Source of the DNA: an uncultured virus (IMG/VR IMGVR_UViG_3300044640_001869)
Lineage: Duplodnaviria > Heunggongvirae > Uroviricota > Caudoviricetes
Direction: 5' to 3' (one strand)
Virus record (IMG/VR): IMGVR_UViG_3300044640_001869
Coordinates: 1 to 64,000 of that record
Length of the DNA: 64,000 nucleotides
Positions within the stretch are counted from its first letter, which is position 1; every line of letters starts with the position of its first letter. Both the position numbers and the translations under genes were made by a program. Of the stretch, positions 10,611 through 20,282 are shown piece after piece. The notes under the pieces are model-generated. The model was not told the origin of the DNA. It saw nothing but the letters and a program-made list of their open reading frames with translations, and did not search any database.

Positions 10611-12059
10611 ATGTCAATAAATAATTCATATTTTAGTAAGAACAACACCATCATATCAAATAGTTATACGAATACAGGTAGAAACCCTGTTACCGAACTA
10701 TTTTATGGGTCAGTAATAAACACACAATATCCGTATGGTTTTAGTCGTTTTATTTTCGACCTTGACTTAGATTTACTAATCGAAAAATACCAAGATGGTA
10801 CAATTTCAGACCAATGTGGTAATATAACCCACACGTTAAGAATGATTAATACTTCAACATTTAATGATTACTTAAATACAAGTACATCTCAAGGTAGACA
10901 AAGAGCAACATCGTTTGATTTAGTGTTATTTAGAATACCATCACCACAACTTTGGGATGAAGGTGTTGGTTATGATTTCGCAGATTTAATCTATGAAATT
11001 GCTAACGATAAAAATTATTCGATAAGACCAACAAATTGGTTTCAAAGAACAACATTAGATAATTGGAGTCAACAAGGGATTTATAATAATAAAGGTACAG
11101 GTGTTGTTAATTATTCGGATTTAACAATCCTTGATGTTCAACATTTCGAATTTGGAAATGAAAACATTGCATTTGATATGTCAAATGAAATAAACTCAAT
11201 TCTTGATGGGACTTTAACTAACGTTTCAGGTTGGGGAATTGCTTTTAAACCTCAATTAGAAAATCTAACAGGTTTGACTGAAAACTATGAAGTTCAATTC
11301 TTCACTAGACATACCCAAACATTTTATGAACCTTACTTAGAGACATCATATGATGATTTAATTGAAGATGATAGAAATTTATTCACGTTGGGTAAAACTA
11401 ACAAATTATATTTATATGTATATGACGATGGAAATCCAGCTAACTTGGATTCTAACCCCTCAGTTACTATTAGTGACTCAACAGGCACTCCTATACCTGG
11501 TTTAACATCACTTTCTACGTGTAAAAAAACTAAAGGGATATATGAAGTTACAATACCGCCTTTAATTGGTTATAAAACACCTTGTACGTTTTTTGATAAA
11601 TGGAGTGGTTTATATCTAAATGGATTCCCGATATTAGATATCCAAAATGAGTTTACAATTTATCCAACTAAAAATTCAATTCAAATAGGTTCAACCTCAT
11701 CCGCAGACCCAAAATTATATGGATTTGATTTTTATGGTTTAAAACAAGACGAAAAAATTTATAACACGGATATTCGTAAAGTGGGGGTAATAATTAAACA
11801 AGCGTTCACAAAACAAAAATTATTACAAAAAGTCGATGCTTATTATAGAATATATGTGAGAGAAGGTCAAACCGAAGTTGAGGTTCAAGATTGGACTAAA
11901 ATTAACCGAACACCTAATGAGTATTTTTTTATATTCGACACTAGAGATAAAATACCTAACGAATATTATGTTGATATGAAAGTTATTAGTAGTGGTGAAA
12001 TAAACACTTACAAAAAACAAATCAAATTTCAGATAGTTAACATAAAATATTTAGAATAA
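10611..12059 (+). CDS. Putative virion structural protein
   Basis: Beta-rich 482-aa ORF, WDEGVGY motif, TATTTAT upstream. Confidence 0.55.
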   Translation: MSINNSYFSKNNTIISNSYTNTGRNPVTELFYGSVINTQYPYGFSRFIFDLDLDLLIEKYQDGTISDQCGNITHTLRMINTSTFNDYLNTSTSQGRQRATSFDLVLFRIPSPQLWDEGVGYDFADLIYEIANDKNYSIRPTNWFQRTTLDNWSQQGIYNNKGTGVVNYSDLTILDVQHFEFGNENIAFDMSNEINSILDGTLTNVSGWGIAFKPQLENLTGLTENYEVQFFTRHTQTFYEPYLETSYDDLIEDDRNLFTLGKTNKLYLYVYDDGNPANLDSNPSVTISDSTGTPIPGLTSLSTCKKTKGIYEVTIPPLIGYKTPCTFFDKWSGLYLNGFPILDIQNEFTIYPTKNSIQIGSTSSADPKLYGFDFYGLKQDEKIYNTDIRKVGVIIKQAFTKQKLLQKVDAYYRIYVREGQTEVEVQDWTKINRTPNEYFFIFDTRDKIPNEYYVDMKVISSGEINTYKKQIKFQIVNIKYLE

Positions 12060-12087
12060 ACTAATATTTATAATAAAAAACATTAAA

Positions 12088-12255
12088 ATGGCGAATTTAA
12101 GTGCAAATACTGAAAATATTGTGTGTATAGTTAATTGTAGTGGTAATACCGCAACTATAACACCACCACATCCTGTGTATAATGGTATATCAGGAAATAC
12201 TGTCACTCAATTAAATATGATTGAGTTAGGTGGTCAAAACGGATTAAACGCATAA
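12088..12255 (+). CDS. Small protein (55 aa, MANLSANTENIVC...), not in ORF track
   Basis: ATG after TATTTAT and A-rich leader; followed by terminator. Confidence 0.65.
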   Translation: MANLSANTENIVCIVNCSGNTATITPPHPVYNGISGNTVTQLNMIELGGQNGLNA

Positions 12256-12277
12256 TAAAAATTGTATTATTTAATTA

Positions 12278-12307
12278 TAAGGGAGTTATTAACAACTCCC
12301 TTTTTTT
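12278..12307 (+). terminator. Intrinsic terminator
   Basis: AAGGGAGTT-loop-AACTCCCTT followed by T run. Confidence 0.8.
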
Positions 12308-12395
12308 GTTAACAATTTAACAACTTTTTCTCGATTAACTTTATTGAATTGTATCTGAAAAAACGTTATGTTTGTAGTATATAAAAGATACTATT

Positions 12396-12809
12396 ATGAA
12401 CTACATTAAACGATTTATTAAACGATTGTATGCGAAATACCTAAGACATATTAGGTACTCATCTAATCAAACCCTCGAAAATACACAAAATGAGAGGATT
12501 TGTAAGTCTATCTGTTATAAGATGATAAACAACCCACACTCTAAGTTTTTAATAGCTCCACTGTCAGGAAAACGTTATATTAAAAATGAAGTGTTAAAAG
12601 TCTTTATAATATTAGATGATAAAAAAATTACTATAACAAATAACATATATCATTATGACGTTATTTTAAATCAAAGAGATTTTGATAGAATGGTACATAT
12701 GTACGATAATAAAACGGAAGAAATTAGAAATGAGTTTGAAAACGAAATGATGTCTCAAATTATGGTGTCATTATCAACAATACTACATAAAATTTCTGAG
12801 AAGATATAA
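12396..12809 (+). CDS. Hypothetical protein
   Basis: ORF with TATGTTTG promoter box at 12367-12374. Confidence 0.7.
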   Translation: MNYIKRFIKRLYAKYLRHIRYSSNQTLENTQNERICKSICYKMINNPHSKFLIAPLSGKRYIKNEVLKVFIILDDKKITITNNIYHYDVILNQRDFDRMVHMYDNKTEEIRNEFENEMMSQIMVSLSTILHKISEKI

Positions 12810-12811
12810 TT

Positions 12812-12842
12812 AAAAACCCCACTGTTTAGATGGGGTTTTTTT
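12812..12842. terminator. Bidirectional intrinsic terminator
   Basis: AAAACCCCA...TGGGGTTTT between convergent genes. Confidence 0.8.
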
Positions 12843-13269
12843 ATATTATCTCTTTAATAATTTCCTTAATAATCTTTAATAATTGATTTTCACTTAATCT
12901 GATTATTTTTTTATTGTAATTTTCTTTAATAGGTACGATACCTTTTTTATTTTTACCTTTAGGGTATTGATTAATAACATTACCATCTTCATCACTAAAT
13001 GTTGATTCAGGATGTTTCTTAATGTAGTCGGTAACTTTCTTTGCTTGTGACTCAATCTTTTTTATTTGAGACCTTCTCAAATCCATTTTACCATCATAAC
13101 TATCGTATTGTAATAATGGACTATCATAATCAGATATTTCATCAGTAAATGGGGCTAGTGTATTTTTTTTAAATGGTCTCAACCCCAATTGTAAAGGTGC
13201 GATATACGAACCCCTACCACCTGAACTATCAGAAGTTGCTTCACTTATATGTTTTTTTTTACTATTCAT
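12841..13269 (-). CDS. Hypothetical protein with C-terminal IRLSENQL motif
   Basis: ORF; motif shared with putative head-packaged family. Confidence 0.65.
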   Translation of the reverse strand: MNSKKKHISEATSDSSGGRGSYIAPLQLGLRPFKKNTLAPFTDEISDYDSPLLQYDSYDGKMDLRRSQIKKIESQAKKVTDYIKKHPESTFSDEDGNVINQYPKGKNKKGIVPIKENYNKKIIRLSENQLLKIIKEIIKEII

Positions 13270-13288
13270 TATATATAAATATTAAATT

Positions 13289-13522
13289 ATGGAAGAACAA
13301 GAAATATATGGTAAATTATTTAATGTGATACCTTTGATGGATGAGACCCACATTGATGTGTTATTAAACACTATGACTAAAGAAACTGCGATATATTATT
13401 TAACACACGCAGTTAATTTAGCCTATCATAATGGGATGTATTCATTGGGTGAATCTGAAGTCCTTTCTAAATCAATTCGTGTATTGAATAATACCGAAAC
13501 AACCTCATCAGATTCTAATTAA
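13289..13522 (+). CDS. Hypothetical protein
   Basis: 77-aa ORF. Confidence 0.65.
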   Translation: MEEQEIYGKLFNVIPLMDETHIDVLLNTMTKETAIYYLTHAVNLAYHNGMYSLGESEVLSKSIRVLNNTETTSSDSN

Positions 13523-14199
13523 AATTTTGAAAGAACGTCACGACCTTTTTGTTCTTGGTTAGCATCAACAACAGGTGCGTTACCCGGTGTACTTGCAGAT
13601 ACATTTGTTAAGTCAGGTAATTTAATATTCATTAAAGTCTCAATCTGAGTTTTAACCGTATTTATTAAATTTGGGTTAGCTTTTAAAATATCACCAGCCA
13701 ATTCTTGAACTTTTGGAAGTATTTGTTCTGGCGTCATTTTTGATAAATCAATATTTGCAGCTTTTAATTTATCAGCTATTGCTTTAACTTCAGGGATTTT
13801 CATTAATTCGTCAACAACATTAACGCCACCCGGTGTTTGACCGTCTTTTGGTGTTGTATTTGGTGCAGCATTTGGTGTTGCAGATTTTAATGCTGTCATT
13901 AGTGCGTTTAATGTTAATGGACCTAATTTACCATCAACAGTACCATCTTTACTAATTTTGTACCCTAAAGTGATTAGCAAAGACTGAACATCTTTTAAAG
14001 TTGCATTAGTTGTTGGTTGTTGTGTTGCCGGAACTTTAGATTGAGGTGCTTGAATTGTACTTGTCGGTAATTTACCTAAACTATCAAGTGCAGTACCTGT
14101 TTGTTCTGAAATAACATTTAAATATTGTTTTTTTGTTGAAGTTTCGTGTAATCTTAATATAGATTGTCTTTCTTCATCGGTGATGTTAAAATTTCTCAT
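13519..14199 (-). CDS. Peptidoglycan-binding-domain protein
   Basis: VQSLLITLGY...DGKLGPLT; N-terminal ITDEER motif. Confidence 0.6.
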   Translation of the reverse strand: MRNFNITDEERQSILRLHETSTKKQYLNVISEQTGTALDSLGKLPTSTIQAPQSKVPATQQPTTNATLKDVQSLLITLGYKISKDGTVDGKLGPLTLNALMTALKSATPNAAPNTTPKDGQTPGGVNVVDELMKIPEVKAIADKLKAANIDLSKMTPEQILPKVQELAGDILKANPNLINTVKTQIETLMNIKLPDLTNVSASTPGNAPVVDANQEQKGRDVLSKF

Positions 14200-14228
14200 A
14201 TTTTTTTTATTTATAAATATCGTTAAAA

Positions 14229-14258
14229 TAAAAAAGGGACTATTAAAGTCCCTTTTTA
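14229..14258 (-). terminator. Terminator after major capsid gene
   Basis: AAAAAGGGACT-loop-AGTCCCTTTTT. Confidence 0.8.
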
Positions 14259-14275
14259 TATTATGAAATTATTGA

Positions 14276-16087
14276 TTATCTCAATTCTCTCAAGTCAAAT
14301 GTACGAACACCATCAACTGTGATTCTCGCGTAGAAACGGTTGTTAACCATTTTCTTAGCGTATCTCGTCATTATACCTTTGATAGGTGTAAAGTTGAATG
14401 GGTTATACATTGTTGGAGTTAATTGTAGAGGTACATACGGTGCGTAGATGTAACCTGTGTCTAACAATGACGTTCCTTTATGACCCAACAATACTGTGTT
14501 TGGTGGGAAGTAAGGGTCACGGTAAACTTGGTAACGACCAGCTAATGTACCAACTCTTTCAATACCCATATTGTATTGGTCTTGCTCAGGAGACGCGTTA
14601 GATACGTGGAAGTATTCTAAATCGTCAAAGATAGCTGAAACTTCAGAAGAAACAACAATCCAGTTAGCCCCACCTCTTAATGTTGATTTGTGAATTTGTG
14701 CTGATAATTGGTTAATCGCAGTAATCAACGTTTGGTTCCAATCTTTTTGAGTATAAGATGTAGTTAAACCGTTAATTCTTCTCCATCCGTTGTAATCCCA
14801 ACGTAGGTTCCAAGCCGCCCCTTTACGTAAGTCACGTAAAATTTCACGGTCGATTTCAGCCGCAACTTGTTCTGACAATAAAGCTGTTAATTCAGCTTCA
14901 GCATCAATGTTATGGAAAGCAGCAACGTCTTGAGCTAATTCAGGAGACCATTGTGCTCTTAATTTTCTTTCAGTTACAGAAACAGTTACTGATTCTAAAT
15001 CGAAAGAAACCTCACCAATTTTGTCTTCGAATTCTAATTCTTTATATCTTTTGTAAATTGCCACGAAAGAGTTTTCAGTTCCTGCTGATGTAATTGTTGT
15101 ACCTGTATAACCATCTAAAGTGTCAGCACCACATCCAACACAAGCCGGACAAGATAAATCAACTTCTAAATAGATGAAACCTTCAGCATCACAAATATCT
15201 TGGAACGAACCACCACCTGTGTTTGATTGAGCGGCACCAAATGTAGTGTTTCTTCTTTCACCGTATTGAACGATTCCTTTACCGTATTGTTGAGTCACAA
15301 CTCTAAACAATAATGGTGTGTTAGACGCTACTTCACAAGCTGAAGTTGCGGTAATTGATAAACCAGCACCTTTAGTTACAACTAAATCAGATAAGAAAGT
15401 TTCAGTATCCATTTCTTGTCCATCAGGACCGATTAATTTACCAGCACCAACGTTAGAGAAACCTGAAACTTTGATGATAACTTTTCTTACAGTTTCACCA
15501 TCTAATTCTGTTGTTTCATCAACTAAATTAGAACCATTCCAAACTTGAACTCTTGTTGACGCAGTTACTGCTGTGAATTGTCCTTTAGAATAGTCGAATA
15601 AACCTGCTGGATTTAATCCTGGTTCAGAACCTTCGTAGAATAAGTCATACAAGTTTTGGTTAGCATAAGTACTACCAGCACCATAACCATCACCAACGTT
15701 AGCACCGTTAGGAGCACCTACAGGAGCGAAATGTTCGTTGTTTGTGTTATATCCTTGGATTTTAGGTACGAAGTAGAACAATTTACCGATTGGTAAGTTC
15801 ATTGCTTGTACTGATACGATGTCGTTCGCTAATAATTTAGAGAACACACGTCTTACGATTGGGAAAACTACAGTTTCAAACGCTCCGTTTGAACCTTCTG
15901 CAGTAGCCTCATTAATTAAGAAAGACGCTTGGTTTTCATATAATTGAGCTACGTTTTCTTTTAAGTGTCCTTTTAAATCGTCTAGGAAACCTAATTTATC
16001 CCATTTATTAATAGTGTCTTCTTTGATAACTTTTAAATGTTTTAATCCGATGTTACCAACAAGACCTGATTCTAATAATGCACCCAT
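14276..16087 (-). CDS. Major capsid protein (T4 gp23-like)
   Basis: ENQ, RKLRAQWSPELAQD, IDAEAEL, EIDREI, YAPYVPL, GIMTRY motifs. Confidence 0.96.
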   Translation of the reverse strand: MGALLESGLVGNIGLKHLKVIKEDTINKWDKLGFLDDLKGHLKENVAQLYENQASFLINEATAEGSNGAFETVVFPIVRRVFSKLLANDIVSVQAMNLPIGKLFYFVPKIQGYNTNNEHFAPVGAPNGANVGDGYGAGSTYANQNLYDLFYEGSEPGLNPAGLFDYSKGQFTAVTASTRVQVWNGSNLVDETTELDGETVRKVIIKVSGFSNVGAGKLIGPDGQEMDTETFLSDLVVTKGAGLSITATSACEVASNTPLLFRVVTQQYGKGIVQYGERRNTTFGAAQSNTGGGSFQDICDAEGFIYLEVDLSCPACVGCGADTLDGYTGTTITSAGTENSFVAIYKRYKELEFEDKIGEVSFDLESVTVSVTERKLRAQWSPELAQDVAAFHNIDAEAELTALLSEQVAAEIDREILRDLRKGAAWNLRWDYNGWRRINGLTTSYTQKDWNQTLITAINQLSAQIHKSTLRGGANWIVVSSEVSAIFDDLEYFHVSNASPEQDQYNMGIERVGTLAGRYQVYRDPYFPPNTVLLGHKGTSLLDTGYIYAPYVPLQLTPTMYNPFNFTPIKGIMTRYAKKMVNNRFYARITVDGVRTFDLRELR

Positions 16088-16119
16088 TGTTTTTTTTTTA
16101 TTTGTTTTTAGTTTATTTT

Positions 16120-17598
16120 TTATTTAAGTTTACTCATCAAATCTCTCATTCGTAAGAATTGTGGATTTTCATAAGTTTTTGATTCAATTAAGTTAATTGC
16201 TGACCCTGTAGAAGGTGAATTGTCAAAATTTCTCTCAATTGATTCGTTAATTGGTTTTGAAGAATTATCTTTATTTAATTCTTGTTTTATTGTTTGATAT
16301 AAGTTTTTAGATTCTTTAATAGTTTCAACAGAATCAAAACGTTGTAATATGTTGATTTTTTCTTGTTTAGTTGTTGTATGTTCAGTAAACAAACGAGTAG
16401 CATATGCTAAGTTTGAGTTAAACACCGCAACTTCATTCAACTTATCTCTAAATACGTTTAATGCGTTTCTGTATTCGTTATTCTTTTCTCTCAATAAATT
16501 TAACTCACCATCAACAGATTCTTTTCTTAGATGTCTTGGAGCTGCTTTAGGTTTGTCTAAACTATTTTTACCAAATCTTTTTCCAGCACCTAATGTTCTT
16601 GACGCTTCATTAGCCTCAACTTTTTTCTTAGGATTTATTTTAAACTCACCATCTAAATTTTCACCATCTTTGTAAGTAAATTTAGCTTTTCCTGTACCCA
16701 TAGTTTTGTTAGGTGATTTCTTAACAGTTTTAAACCCACCTTCTTGGTTAGGTTTTGAAGAATACTTAAATTTGTTAGGTGAACCAAGACCTTTACCTTT
16801 AGCTTTGAATGATTTAGATTCATATAAGTCATCCATTTCGTCAACCATATATTCATCTTCCTCTAATTCATCCATAGGTACGTCAGTATCATCTAATTCA
16901 AGTTCATACATTAAACTATCGTCTTCATCTATTTCTTCATTTTCCCATTGGTCAGCAGATGATTGTTCGAAAACATCATTAAATACTTTGTCAACCTCAG
17001 ATTCTAAATCATCATCTTCTTCAGCTAAACCATCGTAATCATCAGTTTCGAAAATATCGTCAGGACTTAATTCATCCTCATCAAATTCTTCTTCGTCTAA
17101 ATCTTCCCATTCGAACATTTCTTCATTTTCGAATTCTTCTTCCGATTCTTGTACAATCATATACTCTTTACTTGTTTTTGTATCTTTTAAGTTAATGTTA
17201 CCGTCAGTATTTTTAGTTACAATAACTTCATCTTCAGGACCCATCAATTGGAATACTTTTAGAACCTCTTCGTCAGTAACATCGTCACCTGTCAAATCAA
17301 TTGGTTCTTCGTCGTCCATTTCTTCGTCGTCCATAGAAAATTCGTCATCACCCATACTTAGGTCTTCATCACCTTCAAGATTATCAACGTCTGCGTCCAA
17401 TTCCATTTCAGAATCTTCCACATCAGCATCCATTTCAACCTCATCTTCTTCTTGTTCGAATAGAGATTCTTTTACTAAGTCTTTGATTTCTTGCTTCATT
17501 GTAGATGCAAGTATTCCCTTTGCGTTTTGTGCAACGGCTTCTTCCAAATTCTTCATTTGGATAAAAGTCTCTTCAACTAATGTTTTTTCTTTTGCCAT
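16120..17598 (-). CDS. Prohead scaffold/core protein (gp22-like)
   Basis: Very acidic, coiled-coil; lies between protease and capsid genes. Confidence 0.75.
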   Translation of the reverse strand: MAKEKTLVEETFIQMKNLEEAVAQNAKGILASTMKQEIKDLVKESLFEQEEDEVEMDADVEDSEMELDADVDNLEGDEDLSMGDDEFSMDDEEMDDEEPIDLTGDDVTDEEVLKVFQLMGPEDEVIVTKNTDGNINLKDTKTSKEYMIVQESEEEFENEEMFEWEDLDEEEFDEDELSPDDIFETDDYDGLAEEDDDLESEVDKVFNDVFEQSSADQWENEEIDEDDSLMYELELDDTDVPMDELEEDEYMVDEMDDLYESKSFKAKGKGLGSPNKFKYSSKPNQEGGFKTVKKSPNKTMGTGKAKFTYKDGENLDGEFKINPKKKVEANEASRTLGAGKRFGKNSLDKPKAAPRHLRKESVDGELNLLREKNNEYRNALNVFRDKLNEVAVFNSNLAYATRLFTEHTTTKQEKINILQRFDSVETIKESKNLYQTIKQELNKDNSSKPINESIERNFDNSPSTGSAINLIESKTYENPQFLRMRDLMSKLK

Positions 17599-17765
17599 TT
17601 AAAAAAATGTTTCATTTATTTCTAAATAAATATTAAGAAATTTAAAAAAAACTAATTTTTAAGATTGACAATGTAAAATAAATTAACTATTAATGAATTT
17701 TTAGTGAAAAAAAAAGGGAAGACTAATGTCTCCCCCTTTTAAAATGGTATTATTTTTAAGTTAAA

Positions 17766-17981
17766 TTATTCGATAACTTCATCTATTTTACTCTCAACTA
17801 TCCCTGTGATTCTCCAATCCATAGTATAGTTTTCGTAAAGTTTAGTGACTTTGGCTTCAACGTCAGTTGGTGTATAACCAAGAACTAATTTTTCTTCTCT
17901 CATTTTTTTAACTTTTCCTGATTCAGTGTCTAATAAATCAGAACTAATTTTTGCCACAAAATACTTTTCTCCTTGTTCCAT
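17766..17981 (-). CDS. Small protein, DUF4494-like
   Basis: GKVKKMREEKLV...EAKV resembles Bacteroidetes DUF4494 (from memory). Confidence 0.5.
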   Translation of the reverse strand: MEQGEKYFVAKISSDLLDTESGKVKKMREEKLVLGYTPTDVEAKVTKLYENYTMDWRITGIVESKIDEVIE

Positions 17982-18043
17982 ATTAAATTAATTTTTCTAT
18001 TTACCAAATAATCGTTCAATATTTTCAATAAGTCAAGTGAAAA

Positions 18044-18763
18044 TTATCTCTTACCCAAATATGCGTTTAATTTATTCATAAGGTCAACTTCTTTACTATC
18101 TTTAACATTTAATTCTTGTCTTGATTGTTTTTCTTCTTCAATGTTTTCATCAAATTTCATTCTATCATTTGGGTCTAAGAATAAATAAGCTCCAGGTGTT
18201 GATGGTGAAGATACTAAGTCAAAACAAATTAACTCAAAATCATCTTGAACTTCATTTTGTTCTCCTACTTTTTTAAGTGAACCAACACCTCTTGACGATA
18301 TACCTAACGTAACACCTTGTCTTAGGTAGTTTGCCGCCATATCACCTTTAGTTGATACAATACCTCTTTCGTGGAAACCTGGACTTGTAAGTAATCTTAA
18401 TACACCCATTAATACATTACCTTCCCACCATATCTTAGTGATGATGTGAGATACTCGGTCTAAATCAATTAATGATGATTCGGGGTGATTCAATTCTGAT
18501 AATGAAACACCCTTATCAATCATTTTTTTATAATTTTCAGATTCTCGTTTTAAAATCTTTTCAGGATACACACGACCATTTCTATTTGGTGTGTCGTATT
18601 TTTGTAGAACGGCATAAAATTCAAATGGTTTTGAATGGTCTAAAAAATTAGTAGACTCCATTATGTATTTATTGTGTTCTGTTGTTGGGGAAATATATCC
18701 GGCATCTTGTTCGATTAAGATACCTTTACCCAACTCATATGGTTTTAATATTTTTAAATTCAT
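18044..18763 (-). CDS. Prohead protease (T4 gp21-like)
   Basis: NRNGRVY, ELNHP, VSH, GISSRGVGS, DLVSSPSTPGA; ATG at 18763 chosen. Confidence 0.93.
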   Translation of the reverse strand: MNLKILKPYELGKGILIEQDAGYISPTTEHNKYIMESTNFLDHSKPFEFYAVLQKYDTPNRNGRVYPEKILKRESENYKKMIDKGVSLSELNHPESSLIDLDRVSHIITKIWWEGNVLMGVLRLLTSPGFHERGIVSTKGDMAANYLRQGVTLGISSRGVGSLKKVGEQNEVQDDFELICFDLVSSPSTPGAYLFLDPNDRMKFDENIEEEKQSRQELNVKDSKEVDLMNKLNAYLGKR

Positions 18764-18784
18764 TGTTTCGTTTAACAATAAATA

Positions 18785-19258
18785 TTAAATATTTTCGGTT
18801 TTGACAGTTTTATTGATTGGTTTATTTGTTTTAGAAAGATAAAACTTAAAATATTGGTTATTTTTTAAATTATCTTGAAATATTTTAGTTGTGATATTTT
18901 TTAAGAAATCTTTAATTTCGGTATCTTTAAACGTTAATGGGATATTATCTTTAAGGAAGAAATTAATTTCTAAATTCATAAATGATTTTTTATTTAGTGA
19001 TAACCCGCTTGACCTTAAATCTAAGTCAACTATGAATTTATCATCAAAAAATGAATTTTTTACTTTATCGTAAATTGAGTGTTTAATTGACCTACTCAAG
19101 TTTAAGACGACTCTCGACCAATTTTCTACGTCTTTTTTTGGTTCTACCCAAGTTTGAATGTTAAGATATATTGATTTTAGATTAACAGAATCAACTGTAC
19201 CAAATAAAACTTTCGCAGTTTTAAATCCTTGGATTTTGGAGGTTTTCCCTTTTTTCAT
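18785..19258 (-). CDS. Hypothetical protein
   Basis: 157-aa ORF. Confidence 0.7.
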   Translation of the reverse strand: MKKGKTSKIQGFKTAKVLFGTVDSVNLKSIYLNIQTWVEPKKDVENWSRVVLNLSRSIKHSIYDKVKNSFFDDKFIVDLDLRSSGLSLNKKSFMNLEINFFLKDNIPLTFKDTEIKDFLKNITTKIFQDNLKNNQYFKFYLSKTNKPINKTVKTENI

Positions 19259-19348
19259 TATTTTTCATCGTGAAACAGTTTATTTTTAATAAATGTAAGT
19301 ATATTTACATTAATAGTCAAAAAAACAATAAATCCACATTTTTTTAAT

Positions 19349-19543
19349 ATGATTGTAGTAAAAGTAAATAAAGATAAAAATATCGAAAAAGCCCTTAAAG
19401 AATATAAGAGTAAAGTAATTAAAACAAGACAAATGTCTGAATTGGTTAACCGTAAAGTGTTTGTTAAACCTTCTGTAATAAAAAGAAACGTGCTTAGCAA
19501 GGCTAAACACGTTCAGAAAAACTTTAAATCAAATAACGACTAA
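19349..19543 (+). CDS. rpsU: Ribosomal protein bS21
   Basis: 64 aa, NIEKALKEYK...R..FVKPSV.KR pattern. Confidence 0.9.
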   Translation: MIVVKVNKDKNIEKALKEYKSKVIKTRQMSELVNRKVFVKPSVIKRNVLSKAKHVQKNFKSNND

Positions 19544-20259
19544 AGGTTGTCGTGTAAACTTTTTAATTTATAGTAATTTAATTTATCGTATTTTTCAGAT
19601 GAAATCTTTTCAATTGTCTCATTAATTGAGTTTCTTGTTGGTCTATCGTGGTTTTGATTATACAACGTTTGTAATTTTTCAACCACACTTTCTTTAATAG
19701 ATGAATACTTTGATTCTAACTCAGAGTCATCAACAGATAACATTTGGTTAAATTCTTTTTTATCCGATTCATTTAAACTATCAATATAACTATTAATTGT
19801 TTTGTTTGCCATTGTTACCATAGTACTCAACGGAACATTAACAACTTCTTTCTCAGTTACAGATTTTTTAGTTATAGTTTCAGTAATAATTTTTTTACTA
19901 TTAATTTTTGACTCTAAGTTTAAAACTCCACCACTTAGTAAGTTATCAATAACTTCGTAGTTATTTTTAACCACAGAAGAATTATTCACCCAATCTTTAA
20001 TTTTTTTCAAGTCAGTAGGAATAATTTTATTAATGGTGTTTTCGTAAAGAGTTACCATTTCATTTATGTAGTCACCGGCAACTTCATTAGTTAAACCTTT
20101 ATTAGAACTTAAATCATCATATATGTAGAATAGTCTATTGATGTTTTTATTTTCTAACACTAATTTTTTAAATGTTTTAAGTTCGTTTTTAAATGAACCA
20201 TCTTTATAAGATTCTAATAAAACATTTTCTATTTTTGATTTTAATATTCCAAATTTCAT
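19540..20259 (-). CDS. Hypothetical head-module protein
   Basis: ORF downstream of portal, TATTTAT upstream. Confidence 0.65.
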   Translation of the reverse strand: MKFGILKSKIENVLLESYKDGSFKNELKTFKKLVLENKNINRLFYIYDDLSSNKGLTNEVAGDYINEMVTLYENTINKIIPTDLKKIKDWVNNSSVVKNNYEVIDNLLSGGVLNLESKINSKKIITETITKKSVTEKEVVNVPLSTMVTMANKTINSYIDSLNESDKKEFNQMLSVDDSELESKYSSIKESVVEKLQTLYNQNHDRPTRNSINETIEKISSEKYDKLNYYKLKSLHDNL

Positions 20260-20282
20260 TTTATATATTTTATATATAAATA

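Noticed and set aside
19258..19510. Minus-strand ORFs of 80 aa and 66 aa
   Set aside because: They overlap the recognisable bS21 gene on the plus strand.
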